This document shows, piece by piece, positions 52,576-64,000 of a stretch of DNA of 64,000 bases (position 1 is the first letter of the stretch; each line of letters opens with the position of its first letter). Source of the stretch: Nymphaea colorata (lineage: Eukaryota); assembly GCF_008831285.2 (NCBI RefSeq), contig NC_045138.2:4278001-4342000 (forward strand), in the 5' to 3' direction. The notes under the pieces are model-generated. The model saw only the letters and a program-made list of their open reading frames with translations, made no database searches and was not told the origin of the DNA. A program made the position numbers and the translations under genes.

Positions 52576-54091
52576 TTCTAATTAGACAAATTACCTTTCA
52601 AACTCATTTTAAGATTTACATGGTTCTATCTGTTTGATACGGTCATTATAAAGAGAGAGAGGATAGTAATCAGGAAAAAATATCGAGATAAATTCATGAA
52701 ATATTGTAACATAGTGTTTTATAAATGAATCTCAGTCTCTCAGTCAACCGATTTGTGGATCATAACATTTCTGTTTCTTATTGTCAAACAGCTCCTTAAC
52801 ATCTCCCGTGTTTTTTTTTAAATATTAAACAGTGAACATTAAGGATATTGTTTTGGATCTCATATTATTGAAGGTTATGTGTGGTAGACGTTAAGGAGCC
52901 ATTAGTAATGAGTCTCAGTCCTTTTTTCTCTAGGGGTTCAGGCTTTGGGACTTAGGTGAGAAACTGTTTAGTTGCTGATTATGAGTTATGTTGCATGCAT
53001 GGGCCTTATATGGATATACTATTTTATATTCTCTCTAAATGTCTTTATGCAAATAGCTATTTTATACAAATATACCCACGCTCTCTTTATCTAGGTAGCC
53101 ATTTTATTTTATATTAGTCTCTCGCTCTCATGCATATTTCCAAACAACTGGGATTTGTAGTATATATATATATATATATATTTACATGCACCAAAGGAAT
53201 GAAGGGTATTTTTTGAATTTTTTTTATAAAAGACTTGATATTTTAGACCTTTTAAATTTTCACAATTTTTTAACTTTTCTATAAAGTTTTTTTTTTAATT
53301 TTAATGAAGGTATTTTGGTCATTGCACACCTGTGTGTACAATTTTTTTGAAGTAGGCACATAACCAGCGTTGGGCAGCAGGGGTCATAACCCTCCCTCAC
53401 ACTTTTAAAAATCAAATTTTAATTTTTTAAAAATAGGTATTGACCCCAATCAAAATTGTATTTAGTGTGTTGTATGACATATATTAAAAAACCTGGCTTC
53501 GCCCCTGGAAGGGACATTGCTGATTCCCCTGACTTTGAACTATGAGGCAGACATTTTAGTCTTTTTGAAATATTTTTTTCATTTGCTTGTTTTTCATTTG
53601 AAAGAGGGGTTTTTATCAACGGTATTCTAGTCATTTTAGAAGATTTCAAGCATTCTCGGGGCCATGCACATAAGATTGAAGGGAGAGATAAATACACATA
53701 AGATTGAAGGGAGAGACAAATACATAGAGAAAGAAAGAATAGAGTAGATGATGTATAAAAGCAAGCCCAATGACCTTACCAAGGACATTTAAGCAGCGTT
53801 TTGCAATGAAAACAGAATTACTGTTTTATGAATCTGCCTAATCAGGGCATGTTCACGGAATATCGTGTTACAGTGTTTTATGAATTTGCATCAATCTTTG
53901 AATCTTTGAGACACAATCATGAGATAGTAATAAACTGTTATTGTAGCAGTGAAAACAGTTTCTTGTTGTTGTTGTTGTTCTGTCAATCAGCCCTAGATAT
54001 TAGGGCACATTCCATTGTTCAGCTTTTGATGATGTTCTACGTTCCAGCTGTTAAAATTGATGCATGTATTTGAATATTTATATAAACACAT

Positions 54092-54148
<57 letters not shown>

Positions 54149-55486
54149 TCTCTCCCTTTATATTTTATATTATCTCACAGGTGACTATTTTATATTATCT
54201 CTCTCTCCCTCTTTGTGCAGCTAGCTATTTTATAATAATTTCTACCCTCCTATTCCCAAGTTACTGGGATTCTTAGTTTATGTTCATTATGTTTATTTGT
54301 ATGGACCCACTAGGATCAAATGTATCAGAAACTTTGTCGCCATCCTTTTCTTTCGATAAAGAAAACAGTTGTGCGTTGATGAACTTTCCTTGGATCTCAT
54401 TGATACCAAGATCCAACCTCATGATTTCAATACTTATATATTTAATGCTCTATAGATAAAAATTTCTACTTTCATCCCTGGTGTGACAAAAACAATCTTT
54501 AGTTGCCTTTGACCAACACACCTCCGTCTATTATACGCATAGTGAGGTCATTGAAGCATGGGAAATAATGTACGTGATTGTGTCATGGCTGAATAATAAT
54601 ATAATAATATAGCGAGGATATGAGAAGCAATATACTTAAAAAAATTGAAGTAGTTTCATGAACCATTTTAAAAAATGTTTTATAAATCTACTTCATTTTT
54701 TATAATAGATACATGAAATTATTATTAATACGGAACAGTCCCTATGAGAACTTAGACTTGTAAGAAAATGAATGTTTTATTTATTTATTTATTTTTGGCA
54801 TTTTCTCAATAAATTGGTGTCCAACTTACTGCATATAATTGATTTGCTTAGTGAAATTTAGGTGAACCTTAAATAATACGATTTAAAATTTTCCATTGGC
54901 TGACAAAGAAGCGCAACAATTTCAAATGAGGAAAAAAAGTGAGAAAAACGCCAACATTGGGAAAGCACGTGAAACCTGTGGGCAGTTTTGTACTTCGTAC
55001 TGGAGAATCTAAGAATCATTTTGTGGGCTGTGGTGCGTTTACGTGTCACTTCAATCTAAAGAGAAAAGGATTCTGCTTATGATTTGGGACAATTTCATTT
55101 AGGGGCTTGCATTTTTGCAATAAATTGACAAGGCACTCAACTACGTCAACCTTCTCATGCCCTGCCACAAGGTTAAACCCGGCAACTTTCAAAATCGTGA
55201 AAGGTACCGGGTATCTGGCCCTGTTGGGGCTTGGCCTCAAAATTTGGAGTTGGGCACAATTCATTTTGATAATTTATATTTAAATATGATTTTTATTATT
55301 TTTTATATAATTATATATATTTTACTATAATTAATTATATTTATACATTACTTTGTATGGAAACATATATTTTTTAATGTTAATCGAGCCTGGTCAAGCT
55401 GAGCTTGGGTTTTAGGTCGTCTGCCAAGCTAGAGCTGTAGTTATGAGTTGCGGCCTACCCTAGCTCCTTATACTCAAACATGTAAG

Positions 55487-55681
55487 CAGGGGCGGAGCCA
55501 GAATTTTCCTTAGGGGCGGGCCGACAGTCTAACCTCTGGATCTTGGTAAGGCCAAATTGAATTCAACACTAAAAAATACATTGCGCACTTAAAAAATTAT
55601 ATTTTTTTTAATGTAATTTTTTTTTTCATTTGCCAGGGTGGGGCCATGGCCTAGGCGGCCCCCCCCTTCCTTTCGCCCCTG
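55487..55681. mobile_element. hAT-type MITE
   Basis: TIR caggggcg / cgcccctg with a perfect 8-bp TSD catgtaag. Confidence 0.9.
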
Positions 55682-57493
55682 CATGTAAGCATCCCACCTC
55701 CTCATACTCATACTGGCATAGCTCTGAACACTAAAGAAGGGTAAAAGAGGTGGTTTCGGCTCGTGGTAGGATAACCTCTTGTTCACCTAAAAGAATGTTT
55801 GTATTTGTATAGTTTTTCCTGTATTATGCTACACTTTTTTAAGATGGGTATTTTTTGGCGGTGCTAGAGCCACACATAGGCAGTCGAGGGTATTTGCCAA
55901 CACTAACCCTACAAATGATATTTATTGTCATCCAAAACTCTACCCCCAAATTTCTAAGCTCTACCGCTAGCTTTTAATATTTTAGAAAAGAAAATTATCA
56001 TTTTATTGTTTTCAATTTTTACCCTTCCATAAGCGGACTTCCTTTTCACATTCAAGGGCATTTCATCATTTTTCCAGATAGTGCATAAAAATCTAAAAGT
56101 ATAAAGTTATAAACCTCCATCAATATTTCTCTTCTGGGTTTTGTGTGATCTTCATTATAGACTTCGTCTTTTTCAACCCAAATTGTTTGGGTGCCATTTT
56201 GTCACTGAGTCCATTTTTTTTTCTTGTTTATGCATACTGAGCTCAATGAGGCTTAAGAAATAATGTACGTAAATATGCTTTGGTGAACAATAATAACAAA
56301 AAAAAAAAACATGGATACAAGAAGCAATACAGAGCGCTTCATGTATTTATCTAATTAAGGTAAAACTCATCAAACATTTTAAAAAGTATTTTATGAATTT
56401 ACTCCAATTTTTAAACAGTAACACATTGTTATTAACATGGAAACAACCCTACAAGAATTATAAACTTATAAGCAAAATGAATGTTTTTGTTTTGTTTTAT
56501 TTCATTTTTTTTGCATTCTCACAATAAATTGGTGTCCCACTTACTGCATATAATTTATTTTCTTAGTGAAATTTAGATGAACTTTAAATAATATGATTTA
56601 AAATTTCCAATTGACAAACTAAAATGTTCAACAACGTGAAATGGCGAAGAAAACTAGGAAAACGCCAACATTGCTCGAGAGATCTCAGAATCATTTTGTG
56701 GACTGTGGTGTGTTTGCGTGTCACTTCAATTTAAAGAGGAAAGGATTCTGTTCGGGAAATTTCATGTAGTCTCTTGCATTTTTTCATAAAATTTAAAACT
56801 ACTCAACTAGTCATGTTTTACGCACTGCGTTTTTTACAAGTGCCAAATGGGGACTTCAAGTTAGGCGACAAGGTGGTCCAGTTTCTCTAATAACTCGTTC
56901 CAGTGCACGCCATCTCTAAACCGTAAAAGGTTTCAAAACATGTCCTGTAAACTTAAGTGGCGGGCATGAAGGGAGAAGAGGGGCAATGGCCTTTCTCAGA
57001 AGCAATGGATTGAACCACTCACTCTTAAAAAAAAAAAAACAGAAACAAATATATTAATTATTTCTTACATGCATTTTTAACTCAATTAATGATAAAAAAA
57101 AAGAAAGGTCATTATTGCCATGAGGGGCATAGCTGCATATAGGAAGTGTGGTCATTTGCCTACACTAGCCGTACAAACAATATTTGTTTTCATGTTAATG
57201 CGTCCAAAAATTTGTTTTATTTATGTATAGTGACCCCCCTTAAGATATTAGGGTTTCTTAATTAGTACCCCAAATTTCCGGTTTCGCCAATGGTTTTTCT
57301 TATTTTCAAAAAAGAAATTATCATTTCATTGTTTTCAATGTTTGCCCTTCCAGGAAACATATTTCCTTTTCACACCCGAAGGGCATTTTAATCATTTTTC
57401 GAGCTCTAACAAAGTACCATACACTAGGTCCTCAACATATGACCTAAAGTATAAACCATGTTTTAGAGTTTACAATAAAAGTAACCTCAGTCA

Positions 57494-57694
57494 AGTGGCT
57501 GATGGACATTGATGCATCTTATTATTGCAATTGATTGGGTGCATGTAAAACTACAGAGCATTGACATATGTTTGGTGTGAGCACTCCGTATGGTTAGGCC
57601 CGAGTCCGACACATGATAAATATAAATTTTATAAAGATTACACAAGCTGGGGTGGACAGTTGCCCACAACAGCCTCATGGTAGCTCCGCCACTG
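57494..57694. mobile_element. hAT-type MITE (CAGTGGCGGA family)
   Basis: Ends agtggc / tccgccactg with 8-bp TSD ctcagtca; relatives at ~48510-48690 and ~59578-59756. Confidence 0.7.
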
Positions 57695-57995
57695 CTCAGT
57701 CAAGATTTCTCTTGTGGATCTTGTGTGATCTTTATCATAGAGGTGGTTGAAGGTTGAGAGGTCAAGTGGCTGGATTTTCACTCAATTGTTTGCTGTGCAA
57801 GGGGAAAATGAAATGCTTTAACGCTCTGCCTGGTTGGATGTGAACCATTCAACCAATGAGATTGCATTTTCTGATTGAATCTTTTTAGGGTTTATGCCAC
57901 GGAAGTTTTTGCACCACATGAGGAAAGGAAGGCAGTTGCGAAAATTTGTTGTGGTCTTTAGGAACTCACATGATTGGTATTGAATGGCCAACATG

Positions 57996-58034
<39 letters not shown>

Positions 58035-58849
58035 TGGATCAAAGTTTGTAGTCCCATTGTAGATCTTATACAGGTCAAAATCAGGCTGGACCCATAAAGG
58101 GTGTGGGTCTACTGGGCCCACATCTGAATTAAATATATGAAAAATCAAGGAGGTTTTGTCTCTTCTTGTAGACTTTACACATAAATGGATCCAGATCTTT
58201 GGTAGGTTTTGATCCAGATAAGAATTGGGACAACTGGGTCCAAGCTAGGTTGGAGTTTAGGTCTGATGGAAATGGATTAGGTACAGTAGGATATCAGATC
58301 CAAAATTGGACATATTCTTGATTGGCATCTTTTTAATATGATCCAAATATGCAGTTGGATCAAGTGATCGGATTTAGTCACTGTGGGCATCTCAAATTTC
58401 ATTTCGGCATGTAAGGAGCTCAACTAGTATACAGATTGATACTTGATCCAATACTGCCATACACACTACTCCGGATTCAGATACATTCGTTTAATTGGAT
58501 ATGAACTATTAATGTTAAGACATCTCGAAATCCAAAAATACAAATTTTTAATCTTGTGTTTGATAGCCTTGGACTTGAGATCTGTGTTTATTTGACAACC
58601 AAGCAGGCTCACCGCCCCGGTTGTTGATTCACCATAGACTCTTGTTTGTTTATATAGTGGATTGTACAGCAGTTACCAATCTCAAATCACCTTAGATCAT
58701 AAATTTGAAGCTCTCAAAAGCAGCCCAAAGTTAGAAGCATGCAGTAATTGCAAAAACGACTAATATGCAAAATTTAATATGGAAGGACGAGGGACTGACT
58801 CAAGGGAAGATGTTACTATGGCTCGAATTTGAGAAACGTGTGATATGGT

Positions 58850-59272
58850 TAGGGATGTCAACGGATCGGATTCGGATCGGATACATCTTCAACTATATCC
58901 GTTTTTCGGATATTCATATATTTGGATTCGAATTCGGATAAAACAAAGTCATATCCGAATCCGAAATCCGATTTTACAATCCGAATCCGATCCAAATCCG
59001 ATTTTTATATTTATATCCGAATCCGAATACGAATTTTGAACCGATTTTGCCATTTTTCAAGTATTAGATAGAGGATATTTGTCTAAAACTGAATTCGATC
59101 CAAATCCGAATCCGATCCGATATTCATGTATATCCGAATCCGATTGGATGTCATTTATTAAATCCGAATCTGATTCGATTTCTTAATCGGATATTAAATT
59201 TTATCCATATCTGATTTTTTCGGATCGAATCGATCGAATATCCGATTCAAATCGGATATATTGACATCCCAA
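58850..59272. mobile_element. hAT-type MITE with ATCCGA/TCGGAT subterminal repeats
   Basis: TIR tagggatgtcaa / ttgacatcccaa with a perfect 8-bp TSD gatatggt. Confidence 0.92.
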
Positions 59273-59326
59273 GATATGGTGGAGCATGAAATATATTCCA
59301 GGCGTATTGTCGACATCTCTCTCTTT

Positions 59327-59407
<81 letters not shown>

Positions 59408-61181
59408 AAAATTTGTCACTAAAAAGTTGTATAATGATACACTTTAAAAAATTTTAATCATCTGGCACCAGTCGGCATACCTCATTTATGGATATTACCC
59501 TAAGAAGAAGAAAGGCTTGGCTAATTTTTGAAGAAGTAACAAGATAATTGTGCTTTATTCGCTGGGTGTCCATCACTAGTGGAGTCAGGATTTTTTGATT
59601 GAATGGCACTAGAGTCACCAGCTTCGGTCTCATATGAGCATAACATGCAATTTTTGAATTATCATAGTATAATTTTAAGTTGGTACATAAAAATTTTAAT
59701 TTGATGAGTGGGTGTGAACAGTAGCAGACACCAACCCTCAATGTATCTCCGCCACTGGTCTTGACCGGGCATGGGTGACATGGTGCCCCTGTGACATAAA
59801 TGCCGGATCAAGCGGATCTAAACCTCTGTTTGGGTTGCACGAAGAAGAAAGAGAGGGACAGAGACTTGGCTGCGGAGATGGATGAAGCTGCGCTCACGTA
59901 CGTGTTGTCATTCTGTTCACAGAAACGTCCTCTATGAAAACGTCCTATCATTCCTTCAAAGGAAGGAAATGAAGGAAAAGTTTCGGAGGAAGGGGAAAGA
60001 GAGTCAAGTCGACATGCAAAAGATGGTACATATGAAGAGAGAGAGAGAGAGAGATGGGTGGATGAGAAGGTGCAAACGTAGGCCACATTGTCACCTTTAG
60101 TACCGGCCTGCTCTCGCATGGAAGAATGAGAAACCTACCTCTCTCTCTCTAAATCTCTTTCTCTTTCTATAACATAGATAATATCTGCTGATCTGCATTG
60201 ATGAGTATGATGGAGGAATAAGTAACAAATCAAAGGTTCTCCACATTTTCCTGCCTAAAACCTTCAAATTGCCAAAGATCAAGAGTGTTGGCAAAAAAGA
60301 TTTGGTAGAAGGTCCGCCCAAACAAATGGAAAAAGATATGCATGTCTTTGTTCTTGGTAGAGACCTCTTTCATCTCCCATCCTCAAATCACACTCTTAAG
60401 TTTACCGTCATTCAATAATTCATTAAGATGGATTAATCGATTCAAGCAATTAGTCACTCGAAAATATGTTTTCCATGAGTCAATTACAACTGTTCATTTT
60501 TCAAACTGATGGTAAATCTTACATGTGAATTGACTTACAATCATTTTAATGTCGACCCTGACAAATGAATTGGAGTGCTAAACTAAACGATCCATATAAT
60601 GCACATTTGGGTAGTGAAGAACTAAACAGTCAAGCATTAGTCTTGCGATCACAGGTGTGGTCGATATTAAGTTCTGGTGGATCATTCTCCAAACAATTGC
60701 TACCTCTCTCTCTCTCTTTCTCTCTCATGTATATACATGTGCAAAAACATGCATGCATGTATGCTAATGCATTAGATGGGACCTAATCAAAATATACAAG
60801 GTCAAGCCAAAAGTTTTTTTCTTTTTTTTTTTACTTGCCTACATGGAGAAACAAGAGCCGCATGATATACTCAACTTAGACCAACATTGAAGATGCTAAA
60901 ACTTTCTGATTAGGACCCTTTGCCCTTAAAGTTAGAGAGGATGTAGTCATGGACCAAACATATACCAAATGTATGATTTCTGACCATCTTTAATACACAA
61001 CACAGCTAGATGTGTGTCTCCCAGTTATGTAATATATCTACCAAGCAATATAAAGCTCAATGTTTGTGATACAAGTAACATACTGCTCAATGTTTAAGAC
61101 AGAATGTTTTAATTGGGTGAACCAGGTCATATAGCAATGCAAGGATGCCTTTTACCTTTTGGTATTTCCCATCTCCTTGAA

Positions 61182-61355
61182 GCAGGGATAGAGCAAAAAC
61201 TTTTCATGAGGTGGGCCAAATTAAAGTTTTTAAGGACTGAAATATCATTTTTCAAAATTTTTATATAAAATAAGTGAAGTTTTTTTAAATTTACATGTAA
61301 ATTAAAAAAAAATTGAAGTGGGGCCAGCGCCCATGGGGGCCTTAGACCTGCCTGG
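61182..61355. mobile_element. hAT-type MITE (272-447 family)
   Basis: cagggatagagc...ttttcatgaggtgggcc...gggggcc with the shared core. Confidence 0.6.
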
Positions 61356-61509
61356 AAGGTGAAAATATCATTAAGGAAAAAAAAAATTCCTAGTGAGTAG
61401 ATCTTCCTCAACTCATGAAATGACCAAAATGTCCCAGAACTGCAAAAGGAAATTGGAGAAGACAACTTGTTTTGCAAAAAATGCTTAGAACGTCCAACTT
61501 TTTTAAATG

Positions 61510-61698
61510 ACCAAAATACCCCTCGCACAAGTCTACGTGAGGGTTGAATACTTAATCAGATCTGTTTCTTTCTGTTCGTTAATATTCAGATCTTTCTACA
61601 TTTACCAAAATACCCCTTGCACAAGTCTACGTGAGGGTTGAATACTTAATCAGATCTGTTTCTTTCTGTTCGTTCATATTCAGATCTTTCTACATTTA
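61510..61698 (+). repeat. Recent 94-bp tandem duplication
   Basis: Two adjacent copies starting at 61510 and 61604, differing at 2 positions. Confidence 0.92.
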
Positions 61699-63861
61699 GT
61701 ATGACTTGTCTAAGGTGGGTGGGTGTGCAGATCAAGACGAAAGGTGTATGAATGATTGAATGCTTTGGAGTAAGTACTGACCAATCAACTCAAAGTTGCA
61801 TGGTTGCACCTTCATCATTAATTGTTGGACCGTTTATGTACATATGCATTGCATGGAAGAAAAAGAAAGAAAATAATAGAAGAAAGAAAGCATGAAGGTG
61901 GGATCGCATGAATTGCTGATTACGTGTTGTCAATCAGTTCACACATGCATGATTATGTGGTTGTCCATTCATTCCAATCGTTGGTTTGCTGAAAGAAGAA
62001 AGCAAGAAAGAAGGAAAAGAAAGGGTGTCAGAAGCAAGAATGGTAGGAAAGAAGAGAACCTGGACGTTAATTTATGAGCGGATAGGAAGGGGCAAACGTA
62101 TGCCCCATTACCACCTCTACTAGCAATCTCTCTCTCTCTCTCTCTCTCTAGCTTTTGCTAACAAATTTTGCCAGATGCTTATCAAAAACTATACAAGGAT
62201 CAAAATTGGAATATGCCAACTAATAGCTTAAGATTCAACGGGAGTATAATTTGATTTTTATAATATGTATAGATGTATCTTGGTTCTTCAGGTTTCGTTT
62301 TGTGGGATGACTGATCAACCTCATAGATCTGCATCCACCATTGTGTTACTTTTGTACGTTCTAAATGACAATAAATTCTCCTTTCGTTAGGAAATTCAAA
62401 TTAAGAAAAACTGCATTCATGCGTGTATGCATCAACGTGTGTGTGTGTTATATGTATGCCAATTTGGTGGTTTAGTTCATGAAGTTTGTGAAAATTCTTA
62501 AACTGACTGTTTCCTAATTTAGGGCCTGTGGAATGCCTAGATACATTTGCTTTGTCTAGAGGTTAACATTGGTTATAAACAGTGAGGAAGTACTGCTGAA
62601 CTTTCTTTACTGTGGCGCCGCACTGTTTTTGCCTTGAAAGTGGGAGAGAAAGTCGAGCGGAGGAAGAGAGGTCAGACTTTTTAGCGAGACAGAAAAGTCT
62701 CTTCTTGGGCAATTTTAAAGTGAAAAGTACACCATGATTGAAGTATACAAATGAGCAAAATCCGAAAAATCAAATGCGCTCTTAGATTTCCACATGAAAT
62801 GGCAGAAACAGATGAAATACCACTGCTTGCAGCCAAGAAATTCTTATAGGCTCTTGCTTGTGAAAGTTCGTATCACTAGTAGATGTATAAAACCAAATCT
62901 TCAACGTTTGAAAATGTTTCTGTAAGTTGATGAACTCATTAATGCCATGTTCTGTTTCTGCTTGCCTACCGTATCACATACCAACAGTTATAACCAATGA
63001 CGCAAGGAGAACTAATGAATACCATTCGTAAACGTTAAACTGATGCTTCAACGTGCACTGCATAATCAGGGTGTTTCTGATCTTCTTTCCAAGTTCATGT
63101 TTCTAGGACTCACCTCAATTTCAGGCCCACAAAGTCGGTAGAATACTCAGCATAGTCAATAAATGAAAGTTGGAAGAGAACAGTCCAGTTGGCTGCATAC
63201 GGCGTGAGGTGGCGTAAAACCTTCAAATTCCAAAATGTCAACAGTTCAACACTTAATTGGATTTGGCATAAATGTTTGGTAGAAAGTCTGCCTAAACTGG
63301 CTGTCTTATCAGACAATATCGGAGAAAACGTTTGCTTTATATGAGACTAGGCCCGCTCAAATGAACAAGATCACAGAAGCGATGCAGAGTAAAGAACAAA
63401 AAAATTGAATGCATGTGAAAGGAGGTGCTGATTAATTTACAGCAACCAAAAAATTAAGAAAGGAAGAATCTGATCTTAAATACAGATTTACATCTTGCCC
63501 CATTTTACTTGTAAGCAGAAGTATTTTGTCTCTCAGGACAAGGAATTATACCATCTCCTTTCTCCCAGTTCTGCACAAAAGGAGAATTCCTGGTCTGCCT
63601 CTGGTTTGCCAGGGGCTTCTTGGTGAATTCGACCAGCAACTTCCAAGCCGGTTTCGCAATATTCTGGCTATGATTTGCCTTGATCCCATGCACATAGCTT
63701 CCTCATGATGTGGAAGTGCAATTCTTTGCAACCTTCTGTATAACTTAAGCCGCAGCACTTTGGCAATCTTCTAAACAGAAAACACTGAAGATGCATTCTC
63801 GAGTCAAGGGTTCCCTTTCATTATACACTTTCATCAACCTGCATTTGTGAGATGATCACTT

Positions 63862-63999
63862 CTACACAGTTGGAGAAGGAGCAAAAGCTACCAACATCTC
63901 ATTTTTTGCAGTCAATGGTGCATCCTCAGCAATGGGCAGTGAATCAATGCCTCTAGATGGAGCAGATGGAGGCGTCGAAATCTTGGGCAACATCTGGTT
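63862..63999 (-). CDS. Possible C-terminal coding end of a gene that starts beyond the window
   Basis: Open frame from the edge: NQMLPKISTPPSAPSRGIDSLPIAEDAPLTAKNEMLVAFAPSPTV*; higher GC than the flanks; no recognisable domain. Confidence 0.3.
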   Translation of the reverse strand, partial: NQMLPKISTPPSAPSRGIDSLPIAEDAPLTAKNEMLVAFAPSPTV

Positions 64000-64000
64000 C

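Larger units (their letters stand above)
54530..57800 (+). repeat. ~1.6-kb two-copy tandem duplication upstream of BIC (54530-56200, 56225-57800)
   Basis: Matching blocks such as aataaattggtgtcc.acttactgcatataatt (~54808, ~56523), agaatcattttgtgg (~55012, ~56687) and aattatcattt.attgttttcaat (~55993, ~57316). Confidence 0.85.

Noticed and set aside
57998..58033. Poly(T) run as a retrocopy tail
   Set aside because: No TSD or coding/SINE body identified next to it.
61893..61915. miR393-like sequence (gggatcgcat)
   Set aside because: Only ~10 nt match and no precursor hairpin.
63505..63800. JMJ25/KDM3 demethylase or NLR pseudogene assignment
   Set aside because: Only a weak W...DG.IPCP resemblance; no other motifs could be aligned by eye.

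Overview
AT-rich, transposon-dense nuclear DNA of a flowering plant (spliceosomal GT-AG introns, plant gene families, many (AT)n/(CT)n microsatellites); the species cannot be fixed from the sequence alone. Two intact genes are supported: a three-exon gibberellin 20-oxidase (+; 18434-18870, 19204-19525, 20727-20984; 338 aa) and an intronless BIC-family gene (blue-light inhibitor of cryptochromes; -; 51613-52131). The C-terminus of a third gene may enter at the right edge. The rest is repeats: a decayed full-length Ty1/copia element (~10636-15373), an L1 LINE (~36390-45290) split by a 4.67-kb solo LTR that contains a hierarchical ~175-bp satellite-like array, LINE and CACTA fragments, tRNA-derived SINEs, and many hAT, Harbinger, CACTA and foldback MITEs, several with readable target-site duplications (TSDs). 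An old non-coding segmental duplication (~1.0-9.75 kb vs ~23.7-30.9 kb) brackets GA20ox, and a ~1.6-kb tandem duplication lies upstream of BIC. I found no convincing novel multi-gene system. The best leads are the satellite array in the LTR, the atypical GA20ox with a predicted paralog just outside the window, and a triplicated hairpin plus G-box module. All alignments were made by eye.
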